From positions 22,134,001-22,198,000 of the forward strand of contig OX597825.1 in assembly GCA_951406725.2 (NCBI GenBank): a DNA stretch of 64,000 nucleotides. The letters are read 5' to 3'. This document shows, one piece after another, positions 1 to 13,840 of the stretch. The translations under genes were made by a program, and so were the position numbers. This stretch comes from Octopus vulgaris. Taxonomy: Eukaryota. The notes beneath the pieces are model-generated. The model had not been told where the DNA came from. It saw only the letters and a program-made list of their open reading frames with translations, and did not search any database. The number at the start of each line of letters is the position of its first letter. Positions within the stretch are counted from its first letter, which is position 1.

Positions 1-1199
1 TTTCAAAATAGATGGTAGCTTGTTGTGTAGTCCCAGCTCAGCCGTCATAGCGATCGGGATATAAAAGGAAGCCTGCACTTATTTAAGAGTAATGTAGTGA
101 TTTGGATATAGTGGTGCTGTTGATAGTATCGCAGTTTTTAGTTAGATGTTTATGTTTGCCTTAAAAAGTAAAAATATATAATGGAGTGGTTTAGGAGTAT
201 GTTTCTTTAGAGTTTGATTGTAGATTTTGATGTAGCGACTCGTAAAGTGAAAGCAAATTTTGAATTCATAGGTCTTCTCGTATGGACTGATCAAATGCCT
301 ATTTCCCTGTTTTTTTGTTTTGCCGCGAAACAAGTCACTGACAAACATTGTAAGCGAAATCTGTTGATTTGTTTAGTGTCCACACACTTTACACGAACTA
401 GTGTTTTCAACGAAAGCTCTAAATATGTGTGTTAAAATTTGCGCTGTTGTTTTCGTTAGTAATCCAAATATGATTCATGTCAGTATATGTTCTTTGCATG
501 ATTCTGCGCCTCTTTCTCTGTAGAGTGTTATTCCGGGACTGGAGATACCTGCCCCGACGCACGTGCACACGCACACTCACACACAAGCACAGACACACAC
601 ATACACGCACCTGCACAAACATACTCACCCATATACACGCACATGCACGCAGCACACAAACTAGCCTCACATAAATACATATACAGCAAAATTTAAATAA
701 ATTAACTTGTGTCTGTTATACAGATCACTAAATCATACTATACAACAATGAATGATCCACACTCAAATATACACTTGATATGATGCTTATGTGTTATTAG
801 TTTGACCTTTAATTGAGGTTAGAGATAGTTAACTGCAACGGGATTTGAACTCAGTTCATAACTTCTATTGAGTAAGTTTCATTCAATTTATTGTAGCTAA
901 GCAACTACTATAAAATTAATTAAAAATATAATAATTAACTGAAACCTCGGACGACTTCACAAACATTTAAAACGTAACAATGCTGTTGAACAAAGCAGAA
1001 AGAAATAACGTAAAATTATACTAATAAACTGGGAAAAATATTTATATGATAAAATTCTAAAAGGTGACGGCATTAAACAAATTGCATTTAAAATAATATG
1101 CAAGCGCACAAATATGCATTCATGTATCTATTCGTATACTCATATGCATACACATAAAAACACATGTTCACCAACTGATATAGGTACACATACAACCCC

Positions 1200-1201
<2 letters not shown>

Positions 1202-1265
<64 letters not shown>
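1202..1265. repeat. (TA)n microsatellite
   Basis: Perfect TA run; source of the YIYI ORFs here. Confidence 0.97.
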
Positions 1266-1268
<3 letters not shown>

Positions 1269-2553
1269 GACATATGTACATATATATATACTTCAGAAAC
1301 AAGAGCATATATCCACATATAGTCAGTAATATACAGGCGTAAACGTATATAATTTCAAATATATATTGCTCGGTATAGTGCATGGTGTTAGACACCATGT
1401 AATATATATATCTATCACATACACATTCATGCGTATTCGTATACAATATGAAGTGTGCGTTCTCAAGTAAAATACGTGGTATACGCTAATGGTGAGAAAT
1501 CTAGACGAGTATTTGTTATCCTGTTTACAATTCCAAACGTTATTTGATTAAATTCTATCACACTTTAACTTTTTAACTATATAAACAACTGTTTTCTAAT
1601 TGCTTTAATGGCATTAGTTTTATTATATTGTTTTTGTATTTTTGTCCATAATATCCCCCATTTCATTTCATGAATATATTTTAATAATTTTATACTAGAT
1701 GTTTTATTAGTATTACTTTCAATTCAAATACTCCGTCTAATTATCTCCTTCATCAATGTTAGATATTTTACCGTATTGCAGCATATTTAAATGATAATTA
1801 TTTTGTGCTGGGCACTGGATAGAAAACTAAAATTCATACATGAAGCAGTTATTATTTTCACAGAGTTTTTGCTTTTATTTAAAAAATTACCTGTCTCGTC
1901 TACGCTACCTCCGCCTCTGTCATTCCATTGCTTTCACCTACATTTAGACTATCATCCTTTCTGCTACTACCCATATTTATACAAATATAACTTCGTATTC
2001 TTGAAACTTATATCACACTTGTTTTATTCAAGTAGAGCATCATTCAAACCATCTCTCTCCACTTATGCAATATCAATATTTCACTCTCGTTCTTCTTCTA
2101 TATATAGGCTTGTCTATTAGAACTTTCAAACTCTGCTGCGAAGAATTGAAGCCAAAAAAATTTTTATCAATTAAATATCAATTTCCAAAATATGATTCAA
2201 CTTGTTACTCTGTGGTAACGAACATTTTGAGAAATATTCAAAAATCATCCACATTAACATTGAAATTAATAACTACTATATATTCTGCATGGCAATCTAC
2301 GTCTTACATCCTCCAGTTTACGGACACAACTAGTTTTAATACCAGCACTACTTTTGCTCTTCCATACTAACACAGACACATATATATTTAAATACACACA
2401 CAGACGTTGATCTTTTAAGTAATGAAAATTACTTTGGCAAGGTACCTCTTCTTCAAATTACGTTGGCAAGGTACCTCTCCTTCCACTTACTCTTCATAGC
2501 AAGAAAATAGCTGTAAATAAACAGACTGGTAGAATGGTAGGTAAATAGATATG

Positions 2554-2573
2554 ATAGATAGATAGATAGATAT

Positions 2574-2650
<77 letters not shown>
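2554..2650. repeat. (GATA)n microsatellite
   Basis: Tandem GATA units. Confidence 0.97.
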
Positions 2651-2651
<1 letters not shown>

Positions 2652-2832
2652 GCGCACAAGTGAATACATCAAGCAAGAGAGATCAATGCCCGATGCTAGA
2701 CTTCGAAGGGCTTAAAAGTTAAAAGTAGCTGAACATTTTAAAACTGTCTCTGAAGTTTTTTGTTTCCGACTGTCATAGAATTTGCTTATCTAGAAATTAA
2801 ACTGAATAATTGAGAATTTTAAAGTTCAACAA

Positions 2833-2893
2833 GTATGTATGTATGTATGTATGTATGTATGTATGTATGTATGTATGTATGTATGTATGTATG

Positions 2894-2931
<38 letters not shown>
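2833..2931. repeat. Compound (GTAT)n-(TA)n microsatellite
   Basis: Seen directly. Confidence 0.97.
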
Positions 2932-2934
<3 letters not shown>

Positions 2935-3110
2935 TTAAAACTATTCTATAATTTTAAACATAATTATAATTAGTGGTCAGCTAATTGCTTCGCCACGCAT
3001 CGAATTTAGAAATAGGAGTTAAATGCCTTTTCTACTACCATAAAGATCTCTCATACAGTAAAACCCCTTTTTTACGTAGGCAAAACGGAAAAAATAACGA
3101 ATCCATACGA

Positions 3111-3216
3111 CTCAATCTCTATGGCGTAGATCTCAATATCTTACCTGAACAGGACGCCTGTCCGTCGCTGAGATATTCAGTTACACATGAGTAGAGTGGA
3201 GCAACTACATGAAATG
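3111..3216 (-). repeat. Local ~105-bp duplicate of 4122-4227 (SINE 3' part)
   Basis: ctcaatctctatggcgtagatctc...catgaaatg occurs twice with about 3 substitutions. Confidence 0.9.
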
Positions 3217-4121
3217 TGTACGCGATCAAGCCTCATCGCGTAACTGATATTCAACCAACACTTCCAACAATATACACGCGAATGTGAACACATATTTATC
3301 CTCAATATACACGTGTGTGTTACTAGCAATCCAGCAGAAACTGGAGCTTTCGATCAGGGCGTAAATTTTAATTTCAATAATAATAAAGGAGTAATGATTA
3401 ATTATTAATGAATTTATTGATTTTATCCTTTTATTATTATTGAAATTATATATATATGTGTGTGTGTATGTTTGTGTGTGCGCCTCTGTCTGTGTGTACT
3501 TTAATTACCCGGTGTATAATATATCATTATTCATATGGATTTAAAACGTCTGTTATTCGGAACACGAAAGAAGCATTCAGATGAGTCACTTAAAAAGTTA
3601 CCATCCAAAATAAGGATGTAAACCTGTTTCTAGCAAATGATTTACCAGTGTTCAAATAGAGGTAAACAAAATTTAGCTTATAACAGATTCTTACAACGGT
3701 TTCTGTGTCTTCGCAAAGAAATATACGGTCCCAAGGAGGGTAATGAACCAATGAAGAATAAAGTCAGCTCTCGCCTAACCATCAAGATTTATCCATTACA
3801 TTAGATAGTTTTGTTCAGCTTCCGCAGTCATATTATGACCCAATGGTTTGAGTGTTTGGTTAACATCATTCTTTACCGAGTCTAAAGAATTCGCGGTGTC
3901 GTTTTTGGAGGAAGTAAACATGGCATCCTTCTACGGACGAATGAATTTTCAGAATGTCTATTTAACAAAAAAATTCTAATAGAAATACGTTAAACGATAG
4001 TAGGTATCTGTGCTAATATGTTGTCAGTTAGTAACATCAAAAGAAAGACCTATGTCTGATCTCGTGACCCATTGATCCTTGATATTTCTGTCTCGAGTCC
4101 TAGGATGCATAAGACGGATTT

Positions 4122-4333
4122 CTCAATCTCTATGGCGTAGATCTCAATATCTTACCTGAACAGGACGCCTGTCCGTCGCTGAGATATTCAGTTACACAAG
4201 AGTGGAGTGGAGCAATTACATGAAATGACGTGCTTTGCCCGACAACACCACAACGAACTACACCATCGACGAACCAAAACAACGATCTTACGATCATAAG
4301 TACGATACCCTAACCACTTGGTTATCCGCCTTG
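4122..4333 (-). mobile_element. Decayed tRNA-headed CORE-like SINE with V-domain-like tail (family F)
   Basis: Minus strand reads agtggttagggtatcg (head), ttgctccactccact (CORE-like), gcgacggacaggcgtcctgttcagg (tail); related to 55550-55740. Confidence 0.55.
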
Positions 4334-6784
4334 ACCATAAGCCATTAGCTCTTACCAAGATGTAGGGGTTATTCTAGCATGGAAATTTATGTCATTCACG
4401 CACATTGTTGTATAACCAAACACAATGAATCATGGTATTCAATAGATAAAGGCCCAAAAATTCAATGAAGTTTCCGCCGCTTGTATTTAGTATTACTTAT
4501 ACTATTAACCAGATCAGGAATCCTACAGTTATATTTTATTCTGACAGATTTCTAACTATCGAAGATTAATATATTTCGTTATTTATCGATAGTAGTATAT
4601 CTTAAAACGGATAATTACTTGTAGATTTTTAAGGGCTATTCTCCTCTCAGTCATCTCTTTTAATTAATAATTATATTTTATTTTATTATCCCATGGAATG
4701 CACATAATAGAAGTCGGCATATTCTTTCTGTATTACGTGTGACAAGATCATTCATTAATTTACTTTCAACCAGACAGATGAAATGTAGTGTTTTCTGCCC
4801 GGTTTGGAACTGTGAATAACAAAGAACATATGAATTAATGATATTATAGTCATTCAGGATATCTACATATTCTGCATATTGAGTACCCTTACGTATCTGT
4901 GTATGCGAGCGGGCTCTTATATTTTCATACATCGGAAATAAAAATTCTATAGAATAAACCTGTCAGAGGTTTTGATTATAAATGAAATTTAGAGCGGTCC
5001 TTATCCACAAAATGTCAGTTTCACTCAGGTCGTCCAAATTTACAGTTAATAGACGAACTTATTCCTTACTGGGTAATAGTGCGGTTTATTTCATATTTGA
5101 AGATAGAAAGATTTATTAAACATACACTCTAGAATTGTTATGGATACATTCATATGTTAATTCTATACTTTCTTTTATGTATCAAAGTAATTATACGTTT
5201 ATGTTTCTCGATATTCTATAAAACAATATTATCTCAATGTCATACAATAAAAAGATGAGAATATATTTAAGAGCACCTATAGATAGTACAACGAATGGTT
5301 TCCATTGGTTAAGAGGTTACACTGAAAATAACACCTGCATTTGAATTATTTCAACATCCACTAAATGAGATCAACAAGAAAACTAAAGTGCTTTTGAAGA
5401 CATAATATACCATATTAAGATTTTATCTGGTAGCGCCTAGAATCCCTACATAGAATTTAATAACAATGGTATCTGAAAATTGTTCTCTGTTTAAGAAGAA
5501 ATATAAGCTTCTGTTTAACATTTCTTTCTCAAATAATTTACACGCTAAACAATGTATGTTGCCATATTTTCTGTTAGATTAACGTAACGCATTCTGTGTT
5601 TAGACAAGGGGTCCCTTTCTATGAATGTTTTTTTATTTTATCATTGTATCTGGATAACTTGAAATAAAGATGTAGAAATGTAGTGATAAGCAGAGGTTAT
5701 ATCGTGTTATACGATACTCTATTGATTTTGTTAATTCATCATGGCATATGCCGTAAGATTATCACAGCTAATGGTACAATTTGGTGTTATAATACCAATA
5801 AACGAAAATTTTATATTCATAATTGATTAATAAACTTAACACCGAAAAGTTAGTGGCAGCCAAAGGCCTGTAAACTTATATTTAATTTCATGAATATAAT
5901 TTACACATTAAATTCCTGTCAGTTTGTTATTGCATGGCCGTTTTTTGTTGGCGATAAAACAAAATTAGTTAAGTAATGTTGGTCACACAACCTGATATAC
6001 TTTACTTTATAAACTTCTAGCCCTGTGTAGATGTAAGAAATAGATAGTAATTTAAATAATAAATAATACAAGAGCAAGTATTCCGTATTGCTTTGATGCC
6101 TGTAGAAAGCAATCCTCTAGGATGGATTCTCTTGAGAAAACCATTGAAGAAATCGCAATTTCCTAATGCTTACAATCCTGTACAGAAAGACACGAATATT
6201 ACAATCGTACATCTTCCTACTGTAAACATACAGGGCGTAGGTTTTACCAAAGAAATGTAATTACGTATATTTGCTACACATGGGAAATATATAGTATAGA
6301 AAGATTGACCGGGCATTGTGTTCAGAATCTGATTTTTATCATTGGAGCCCTCACATGATTTGCAAAGCAAATAATATTTACAAGCTGCATAATTATCATT
6401 AATCCCTAATGCCATTTCTCTATCTAGGAAATGTTCGTATTTCCTTTTCACAAATCACAGGAAGTGAATGTTGTTTCCATAATTCTCTTATGACTACCTT
6501 GTTTTTATTTCCTAATTCTTGTAGTCGAGTACTATTAATAAAGGAGCATTATTGGGACTGCTGGCAGGGAAATGGGCATTATTAACTACTAAAGAATACA
6601 CTTGGTATACCGTTTGTGTTATTCACAGTGACTAGCGTGTTTCAATTCTAGATGTGCCCGTTAATGGAATCAGTACAGAGCCGGATAAAATGCTGTGCGA
6701 TATTTCGGTGTTTTAATGTACGTTCTGAAAGAAAATTCTATCCTTCATTTCTCATGTGTCATTTCATTATTAATTTCATTCAAA

Positions 6785-6998
6785 GAGACGTGGTAGCAAA
6801 GCCGTTAGCAGTCCGAGTAAAATGCTTAGCGCCATTTCGACCTTCTTTATATCCTGAGTTCAAATTCCACTGAGAGCAACTTCGCTTGTTATCCTACCGG
6901 GGTGGACAAATGAGTACCAGTTGAATATCGAGGTGCGATGTAATCGACTTATCCCCTTCCCCGAACCTGCTGGCCTTGTGACAAAATTTAAAACCAAT
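6785..6998 (+). mobile_element. SINE family B, decayed copy
   Basis: gagttcaaattcc B-box-like; gtaccagtt...gatgtaatcgactt matches 42569-42798. Confidence 0.75.
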
Positions 6999-7320
6999 AT
7001 AGTAATCGCATTTAATATATAGACACCAAATTGTAAGATTTATATCCGATTTGTTTCCATTTTAATCTAGAGCAAATAATTCAATTTTAGATATTTTCAC
7101 ACGCTTACGAAGAGATAAAGCATTAACATCGTCATATTGAATCAATTTTATCATATAAAAAATATTTGCTTTTGTATATTAGCATTTCATATAACCATAG
7201 ATATATTTTTTGCGATTTAGTCTTAATAAAGAGAAATTAATCAAATATTGAACAAGATTATATTTTCTTACTTATCAATATTTCTGTGGTTATCTTCAGA
7301 CGTGATGGTATTTTATATTT

Positions 7321-7497
7321 GCTCGGAGTGGCTGTGTGGTAAGTAGCTTGCTTACAAACCACATGGTTCCGGATTCAGTCCCAGTGCGTGGCACCTTGTG
7401 CAAATGTCTTCTGCTATAGCATCAGAACGACCAAAGTCTTGTTAATGGATTTGGTAGAGAGAAACTGAAAGAAGCCCGTCGTATATATATATATGTA

Positions 7498-7581
<84 letters not shown>

Positions 7582-7748
7582 TGTGTGTGTATGTTTGTCC
7601 GGCCAACGTCGCTTGGTAACCGATGCTGGTGTGTTTACGTCCCGGTAACTTAGCGGTTCGGCAAAAGAAACCGACAGAATAGGTACTAGGCTTACAAAGG
7701 ATAAGTACTGGGGTCGATTTGTTCGACTAAAGGCGGCGCTCCATCATG
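7321..7748 (+). mobile_element. SINE family A (tRNA head, CORE-like segment, internal TA/TG microsatellite)
   Basis: tggctgtgtggtaag (A-box-like), ggttccggattcagtccc (B-box-like); collinear with the other copies. Confidence 0.92.
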
Positions 7749-8477
7749 ATCACAAAATATTTGCAAGGCACCAGCGGGCCTCAAGAGGCACATTCGTGTG
7801 AATAGAACAGGATTAACGTTGTATTTTGCTGAACCCGCATTCCTCGCTAACGGCATGAGAATCCATTATATATATTCATATACAATGTTTTTCTCCTTGT
7901 TATTCTTTATAGACACCGAACGTAGATTACATCTATTCAATTCATAGCTATAAATGCCTTCCTCCTCCACTTTCCAAATACCTTAATGCCTGACCTCTCA
8001 CCCCGAATCGACTCTTACGAAAAATAATGCTGGCATCTCATCTTTATCGTTATATTTGATTTTTTACTGTTATTTCTACTTTCACTCTCATTCATTCTTT
8101 CCCAAACCATCCCATTCTTTTCTTTTTTCTCTTCATCCTCTCTCTTCTGTTCACTCACTCGCATCCCATATAATGTCTCTCTTTCTCGCTCTATATAACC
8201 ACGTTGATTATTTTCAAACTAGCCAACCACTTAATTCTATTCCTCCAGCATGCACGCCACATACTGCCGAAATTCTACCTGGATTTATCAGGGATTATAT
8301 CTATACCTTCACGGAAGTACGGACCATCCTTCGTACTCTCTGGAAGAAGATGAACTGTGAACTTTATTCTGGAGTCTGTATTCTACTATCTACTATTTTA
8401 CTCTTTATTCTATCTACTATTTTATTCCTTATAAACTGTCAATAACCCTGCCTAGATCTTACATGCATAATCACCTT

Positions 8478-8553
8478 GTCTCTGATGACGGAATATCCAA
8501 TGTACAGACGTGCTAGCCTATCTTTTGGGATATCGCAGAAACAGTTGTAAGAC
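8478..8553 (+). ncRNA. Minimal type-I hammerhead ribozyme motif in a Penelope-like pLTR remnant
   Basis: gtct-CTGATGA-[stem II atatccaa...ttgggatat, ~49 nt]-GAAAC-agtt-GTA-agac; stem I gtct/agac. Downstream sequence resembles the reverse of 47600-47700. Confidence 0.7.
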
Positions 8554-8969
8554 TTCAAATGCACCTTGCCCTAATTAAATATTCTAAATGACTTGAGATA
8601 CTCGCCCTGCGTCGGTTTTTGTTGTCCTTTTCCCTCTTATATACTATATACCTGCTAACATAATACCCTAATACGGATCCATAGCTGCAACCTCAGCTGT
8701 GAACTTGGAACCTAACTGATGACTAATTATAACATTTACTCAGCCAGCCTATAATATGGGTGCATATATGTGTATTTTTTGTTCGTCCTCTACGGTCTGA
8801 TAACGAGGTTTTGGTGGTTTACATACCGCATAGAAACGCCCGAGCAGCAGAGATAGATAGCATACGTGCCAGGGTTCAAACCTAACCACTGGTATTGGTT
8901 TTTCCGCTACAACCCTTCAAATTATTGCTCCAGTATGGACACACTTCAGAGTAACAGATAAAGGATGAA

Positions 8970-9144
8970 GACACACACACATACATATACATACTTAACA
9001 TACATCCACACATTCATACATAACCTACATACATACACACATACACATACATAGCACACATCCAAGCATACATACGTACGTACATACATAACATATATAC
9101 ACATACACATAATACCTACATACATACATACATACATACATACA

Positions 9145-9178
<34 letters not shown>

Positions 9179-9180
9179 CA
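8970..9180. repeat. (CATA)n/(CA)n compound microsatellite
   Basis: Seen directly. Confidence 0.93.
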
Positions 9181-9595
9181 TACAGTACAGTACAAAATGG
9201 AAATCAGGGTTTACTACAAGAATTGCAGTTTGTTCCTCCGGTTAAAACACATATATTTAATCTACCCTTTTAATTGCCAATTGCTGTCAAATATTTTTAC
9301 ATTAAACGAGAAGTGTAATTATTACCTTCAGCAACATCAGGTCTTTTTCTTTCCGAGAGGCGAGCACATATATAACATAAATATATACGACGCGAATAAA
9401 TATTTATGAAAATTACGTTATAGAGACGCATCTACTGGCAATTAGCATATAAATAAATCAATTAAAGGCAATATGTTTTCTGTTACTATCCAAAGTGTAA
9501 CACTGAATGTGCTATTGCAGTTTGGTTCCTAAAAGTTGGACGTTTCCTGGAGGGAGAAATACGCATATACACATAAAAATGTTAATACCCGCACA

Positions 9596-9702
9596 CCTCT
9601 CTCTCTTTCTCTCTCTTTGACTCTTTCTTTCACTATGTGTGTCTGTATATATATATATATATATATATACACAACGTATTTACATGTGTGTGCATGTTTG
9701 TG

Positions 9703-9739
<37 letters not shown>

Positions 9740-9940
9740 AGTATATATGTATATTTGTATATATATATATATGTATATATACAAACATACACACACATAT
9801 ATGTATACATATTTATACATATATGCTCACATATCATGTATGTATATATGTATGTGTGTATGTGTGTATGTATGTGTGTATGTGTGTATGTATGCATGTA
9901 GGTAGGTAGGTAGGTAGGTAGGTAGGTAGGTATGTGTGTA
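9596..9940. repeat. Compound CT/TA/TG/GTAG microsatellite
   Basis: Seen directly. Confidence 0.93.
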
Positions 9941-10407
9941 ATCACCAGCTTTGCACAATTATATCTATAGAGATATGCTTGTAGCAAAATCACTTTTGAT
10001 ACCTCGATATGGAAAGTTAAATACTCTGATTTAATTAGAAGTATTTTCTCTATAGCCAGAAATACGAAAAAAAATAATTCTGATATTTGTAGCGTTTGTT
10101 AGCTGATTTATCATTGATCGTTTACTCACTCTCTTGACCAAAGAGAAAATATTAGCTTATAGCTATATATGGTATGCAAAAACTTGGGAAGAAGTGAATT
10201 AATCTACTCTTCTTTGAATAGTTTCTCAATCGCTGCTAACTAGAATAATTAATATTTCTACAACATGTTAAATTAAATCGATGGAATTAATCTCCAGAAC
10301 GTCTGTATTAATCCATGTTCTCAATGGTTGGCGACGTGGATAATATGCTCTTTTCTACAGCAGGTTGATTAACGGTGCCTATAATTTTTTATGTCATATG
10401 TCATACT

Positions 10408-10745
10408 GAGACCCCTTTCGGACACAGCACAGACCATGGGATTGCACCTAGAAAGTTACCCTGCCATGCACAAGACCGGGCAAGGTTGTTTATGGAAGAC
10501 CAGCAGTCGCCCATGCATACCAGACTCCCCTCTCCATGCCACCAGTGTTATCCAAGGGAAAGACAAAGGTCGATACAGCTTGGCACCTGTGACATCGGAA
10601 CTCATTTCTACAGCTGAGTGATCTGGAGCAACGTGAAATAAAGTGTCTTGCTCATGAGCACAACACTCAGCCCGGGACGGGATTCGAGCTCACAACCTCA
10701 CGATCGTAAGCTCGACGCTCTAACAACTGAGCAATGCGCCTTCAC
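10408..10745 (-). mobile_element. CORE-type SINE with its own tail (family E)
   Basis: Minus: ttgctcagttgttagagc (A-box-like), gagctcgaatccc (B-box-like), gagcaagacactttatttcacgttgctccag shared with family D, then a different 3' tail. Confidence 0.85.
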
Positions 10746-11043
10746 CATAAGGCATTAGAAGCAATTAAGACCATATAATGGTATTAAGTTTGTTGTATGT
10801 TTGAAATCGTTATGCATTTCAAATTAGTGTTCCATAACTTGGACATACGAAAACTTTTTCTTTAACTCCATCTTTGGTTACCAGTGCATGAGCGATTCAA
10901 CATATTTGTTTGAAAAGGAAGACATCACCGGAACAAATCACGAGATGGTCACCTACTTTGTAATCGTTGTACTCCAAACAGGTCTTGTAGTATATATGCA
11001 GGGTAAAACAGCAACCCTCCCTTTACCAATATTTACTATATCA

Positions 11044-11483
11044 TAAGGCGGAGAGTTGGCTGAAGTGTTAACACACTGAACAAAAACTTTGCGGTATATC
11101 GTCCGTCTTTTCGTCCTGAGTTCAAATTCAGCCGAGGTCGACATCGCCTTGCTCGATAAAATAAGTAGCAGTTGGGTTCTGAGGTCGATGTAATTCGACT
11201 TAGCCCATCCCCAAACGTACGTTTTGGTGCCAAAGTTTGAAACTAATATTTACTATGTCAGTTCCAATAAAGGGGTCGAACTGGCAGAACCGTTTGCACA
11301 CAGTAATAAATGCGTAGCAAGATAATGTCCGTAATTACGTTCAGTTCAAAATCCCCTGGCGACGAGATTAGCTTTCATCCTTTCCGCGTCGATAAAACGA
11401 GTACCAGTCAAACACTGGGGTTGATTAAGTGAATTACCCTTCCTCCGATATTGCTGGCTTTGTGTCAAAATTTGGAATCAATA
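11044..11483 (+). mobile_element. Two tandem decayed SINE family B copies (about 11044-11250 and 11270-11483)
   Basis: ggcggagagttggc...gagttcaaattc...; ctttcatcctttccgcgtcgataaa. Confidence 0.75.
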
Positions 11484-12249
11484 TCCATGCATGTGGATTA
11501 AAAGATATGGATTGAAAAACTGAGTTCAAATTATGAGGCATGTTCAACTTTCAATGTAATAATCTATTATATAATTTATTCATGAATTATCAACATCAAA
11601 TGTGCGAGTTCCAACCAAACCTTCTCAGAGTTCTTCATTATAGTTTAATCTAATAGTCTGCGTGTGTTTCTGCGGGGTTATTTCAAAGTAATCCAACATT
11701 TACTTTCTAAAACATCAAGTTCAAGGGGTGCATGGCTTTTGAGGAATATTTTGAGGAATATTAGTATTAGAAGTTTCCTTAGAAAAATGATAAATCCGTT
11801 TTCACTACCCACTTGCGTATGAAAACTGGTGTTCTTTGATAAAATATGCAATAATGTTGTACTTTACTTGCTGAGAAGTGTACAAATGTATTTCTGTCTC
11901 ACAAATTGTTTTATAATCAAATTGTTACAAAATTTATCATAGATTTTTCAAATTTTTCTTCCTAAATGTAAAGCCTGATTCTTGCAGAATCTGCCTATCA
12001 AATGTTTACTCCAAAGAAAAAGATGAATTTTGAAAACTACTTCATTTTGATCACCTGATAAACATCAGTACTTTTAGGCACTACATCTTGAGAAGTGTCA
12101 GCTTTTTCTAAACGCAATTATCATCTTTCCGGAAATTTTCTTCTCATATATGTCAAGTTAAATATTTTCAACTAAAATTGTTGAAAATTCTGTAAACAAC
12201 AGGATGCATTCAATGATTCTCAAGTGTATTAAATATTCTTCAATATATA

Positions 12250-12251
12250 TA

Positions 12252-12301
<50 letters not shown>

Positions 12302-12360
12302 TCTCTCTGTCAATATATATATATATATATTTACATGTATGTATATATATATGTATATGC

Positions 12361-12396
<36 letters not shown>

Positions 12397-12432
12397 CCAA
12401 GCACACACACACGCACACACACACACACGCAT

Positions 12433-12469
<37 letters not shown>

Positions 12470-12470
12470 C
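12250..12470. repeat. Compound TA/CA microsatellite
   Basis: Seen directly. Confidence 0.95.
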
Positions 12471-12900
12471 ATAAATGGCAATTTCTATCTGTGGCTGTGT
12501 ATGTTTTTGTGAATTTGTTACTGTAACTCATCCGAGACTATCCAACCGATCTTGATGAAACTTCACACACACGTGTGTGTGTGCGTGGTGGGGGCTTATG
12601 CCTATGCTATCACTTACACACTTACAATTAAAAAAAACTCGGTAATTTTTAATCAGCATCGATTTTAAAAAATCAATGGGATATTTCAATGCAAATTCTC
12701 ATGTTTCCTGCCATAACTTTTAAACATTCCAACCGATTTTCTTGAAATTTTAAACACAGACGGAATATGAGCTGCGGATGAATCGAGGCAAATACATTTT
12801 TATCTAAACCATTCACGCAAAGCCTAGGATAATTTTTGATTAACTGATTAACGACACTTGGCCTAAATTGTCGTGGGGTTAAAATATTCATCAATTATTT
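12465..12900 (+). mobile_element. Probable non-autonomous Helitron-like remnant
   Basis: ataaatggcaatttctatctgtg...ccaaccgatcttgatgaaacttcacaca resembles the 5' part of the Helitron at 41343-41727; no 3' CTAG end found. Confidence 0.45.
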
Positions 12901-13369
12901 CAGCATTTCCAGGTTGTAACATGTATTTTCTTAAAACCTGGAATTAAACTATCGATTCTAAATGTTGCCCGTTGTGTGCTAAAACATATAACATGTATTT
13001 TCTTAACACTTGGATTTAAATTAACGGGTCAATATTTGATTCTCACGATCAGTCAAACTATACCCATAAAAGACACGTCGTCAAATTAAGTGCATGTGCA
13101 CTTAAAAGTTTCTCTCAGGTTCGGTTCCAATTTGCCCCAAAATGACGAAAATCATAACTTTCGTGTGCTTTTTCCCTCGTCACAGTATCTTAATGGCGTT
13201 TTTGTAAGTATAAAATCTCTTTTCTCTAAATACATTTTTGTTAACTTTTCAAACTTATATGTTCCTTTTTTTCATAACACTCTTTTACGATTCTCTTCTT
13301 GATGCTTACATTGATTATATATTTGTAGCTTTCCAATCATCTGACCAAACGGTTATCATAATATATATA

Positions 13370-13599
13370 TAAAGAAATAATCGATATTAGATTTATTTTA
13401 TCAAACCGAATTTTAATAAATATCATGAAATAAAACAAACGAATCAGATTGGACCTAAAAATGGATTCAGATTTTATTTCATATTTCATATTTTCAGACA
13501 ATTGTTTCGGACACAGAACATCATACAGGTCGGATTTATCCTATTCAGTAGGGGAGATTTAAGTAGCCGGGTTTAGAGAGAGCTTACGTACATATGTGT

Positions 13600-13602
<3 letters not shown>
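13370..13602 (-). mobile_element. Penelope-like pLTR fragment with 5'-truncated hammerhead
   Basis: Minus: ggacaca...(~80 nt)...tgtgtcc-GAAAC-aatt-GTC. The CTGANGA position is replaced by a (TA)n run; TA repeats on both flanks. Confidence 0.5.
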
Positions 13603-13634
<32 letters not shown>

Positions 13635-13670
13635 TATATATGTATAAATATATATGTATAAATATATATA

Positions 13671-13840
13671 TAAACACAACAGCATCGGTTGTCAAGCGAC
13701 GTTGAGGGCACAAACACATACACAAACATATATACATATACACGACGGGTTTCTTTCAGTTACCGTCTATCAAATCCCCTCACAAGTTATAGGTCTAAAC
13801 CCGGAAACATGTGGTTGGAAAGCGAGATTCTTACCACACC
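13671..13840 (-). mobile_element. SINE family A, internally deleted
   Basis: agcatcggttgtcaagc, tttcagttaccgtcta, ttaccacac. Confidence 0.8.
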
